Positions 61,701-64,000 of a stretch of 64,000 bases of DNA are shown here, in pieces (the stretch's first letter is position 1; the number at the start of each line of letters is the position of its first letter). The notes under the pieces are model-generated. The model was not told where the DNA came from, ran no database searches, and saw only the letters and a program-made list of their open reading frames with translations. This DNA comes from the human T2T-CHM13v2.0 reference genome, Homo sapiens: assembly GCF_009914755.1 (NCBI RefSeq), contig NC_060935.1. One strand, given 5' to 3'. The position numbers and the translations under genes were made by a program.

Positions 61701-64000
61701 TATGTGAATATATTTAGTTTTTCAGCATAGCCCCAACATGCTCCCAAATATCCCTTCCCAGATTCCACTAAATCAGTGTTTTCAAATTGCTGAATGAAAA
61801 GAAAGTTTAACTCTGCAAATGAATAAACATGTCACAAAGCAGTTTTTCATATAGCTTCCTTCTAGTTTTTATCCTGGGATATTAGGTTTTTCACCATTGA
61901 CCTAAACAAGCTCCCAAACATCCATTTGCAGAATGGACAGAAACAGTGGTCCCAAACTGCTGAATCTAAAGAAAGGTTTAAGTCTGTGAGATGAATGCAC
62001 ACATCACAAATCAGTTTCTCAGAAAGCTTCTTTTTAGTTTTATGTGAAGATATATCCTTTTTCATAAAAGGCCTCAATGCGCTTCCATATATCTTTTTGC
62101 AGATTCTACAAAAATTGTGTTTCCAAACTGCTTAAGTAAAAAGAAAGGTTTAACTCTCTGAGATGAATGAAACACACCACAGAGAGTTTTCTCTGATAGT
62201 TTCTTTCTAGTTTTAATCCTGGGATATTAGCTTTTTCACCTATGGCCTCAATGAACTATTCAATATCCTTTGGCAGATTCTACGAAAACAGCATTTCTAA
62301 CTGGTGAATCCAAGGAAAGTTTAACTCTGTGAGATGAATGCACACATCGCAAAACAGTGTCTCTCAAAGATTCTTTCTAGTTTTTAGCTGAAAATGTTTC
62401 CTTTTTCAGCATAGGCCTCAATGCATTCCCAAATATCACTTCACAGATACTACAAAAACAGTGTTTCCAAATAGCTGAAAGAAAAGAAAAGTTTATGTCG
62501 AGATGAGTGCACCCATCACAAATGCAGTTTCTCAGATAACTTCCTTCTAGTTTGTAATTCAATTATATTCACTTTTTTGCCTTTCACCTCAATTAGCTCC
62601 CAAATATCCCTTTGCAGATTCTACAAAACCAGTGTTTCCAAATGGATGAATCCAAAGAAAGTTTTAACTCTCTGATATGTATGCACACATCACAAAGCAG
62701 TTTCTCAGAAAGCTTTTTTCTACTTTTCATCTGAAGATATTTCCTTTTCCACCATAGGACTCAATGCCCTCCCAAATATCCCTTCACAGATTGTACCAAA
62801 ACAGTGTTTCCAATCTGCTGAATGAAAAAAAAAGGTTTAACTCTGTGAGATGAATGCACTGAACACAATGCGCTTTCTCTGATCATTTTCTTCTTGTTTT
62901 TATCCTAGGATATTCCCATTTTTGCCTCTGGCTTCAATGAGCTCCCAAATTTCCATTTGCAGAATGGACAAAAACAGTATTTCCAAACTGTTGAATCCAA
63001 AGAAAGTTTTAACTCTGTGAGATGAATGCACACATCACTAAGCAGTTTCTCAGAATGCTTTTTTCTAGTATTTATCTGAAGATATTTCCTTTTTCACCAC
63101 ATGCCTCAATGCACTCCCAAATATCCCTTCACACATTCTACTAAAACGTGTTTCCAAACTGCTGAATGAAGAGCAAGGTTTAACTCAGTGAGATGAATGC
63201 ACACAACACAGAGTGGTTTCTCAGATAGCTTCTTCTGGTTTTTATCCTTGGATATTTACTTTCTCACCTATGGCCTCAATGAGCTATCTAATATCCCTTC
63301 GTAGATTCTACAAAAACATTGTTCCCAAACTGGTGAATCCTAAGAAACATTTACCTCTCTGAGACAAATGCACCCATTTCAAAGCAATTTCTCAGAAATC
63401 TTCTTTCAAGTTTTTATCTGAAGTTATTTCCTTTTTCACTATAGGCCTCAGTGCATTCCAAATATCCCTTCGCAGGTTCTACAAAAACAGTTTTTTCCAA
63501 AATGCTTAATGAAAATAAAGGTTTATATCTGCCCGATGAATGAACACATCACAAAGCAGTTTCTCAGATAGCACCCTTCAAGTTTTTATCCAGAGATACT
63601 GGCTTTTTCACCTTTGGCCTCAATGAGTTCCAAATATCCCCTTGCAGATTCTACAAAAACAGTTAAAAAATTACTAAATCCAAAGAAATGTTTATCTCTG
63701 TGAGATGAATGCACACATGACAAAGCAGTTTCTCAGAAAGCTTTATTTTTTAGTTTTAATTTGAAGATATTTCCTTTTTCACCCTAACCCTCAATGCACT
63801 CCAAAATATCCCTTTGCAGATTCTACCAAAACAGTGTTTCAAAACTGATGAATGAAAAGAAAGGTTTAACTCTGTGAAATGAGTTCACAAATCACAAAGC
63901 ATTTTCTCAGATAGCTTGCTTCTTGTTTCTATCCTTAGATATACACTTTTTCACCATTGACCTCAAATAGGTCCCAAATGTTCATTCGCAGAATGGACAA
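58711..64000 (-). repeat. Diverged alpha satellite, block 4 (reverse)
   Basis: Reverse-complement monomers to the window end. Confidence 0.97.

Overview
Primate (human-like) pericentromeric DNA with no intact gene. About 53 kb is old, diverged alpha satellite: ~171-bp monomers, largely as an alternating ~342-bp dimer, with no CENP-B box seen. It lies in four orientation blocks, switching at ~6953, ~22870 and ~58711. It is interrupted by a decayed two-LTR HERV-K11/HML-8 (MER11-type LTR) provirus on the minus strand (28455-36521, 6-bp TSD) and by three L1PA-type LINE-1 fragments: a twin-primed inverted insertion, a 5'-truncated insertion and a TSD-less fragment. The most notable observations are structural. 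(1) The strand-switch junction at ~6953 and the one at ~58711 are the same junction in reverse complement, inside an ancient multi-kb inverted duplication ~50 kb apart. (2) The middle switch sits on a perfected 17-bp fold-back palindrome. (3) Two proviral deletions fuse gag CA, a dUTPase-like fragment and RT in a single frame. (4) Fossil 5-, 15- and 16-monomer duplications lie in the satellite. I found no evidence of a new protein-coding system; most listed ORFs are chance translations of satellite. Family names come from recognition of the sequence, and all alignments and counts were done by eye.
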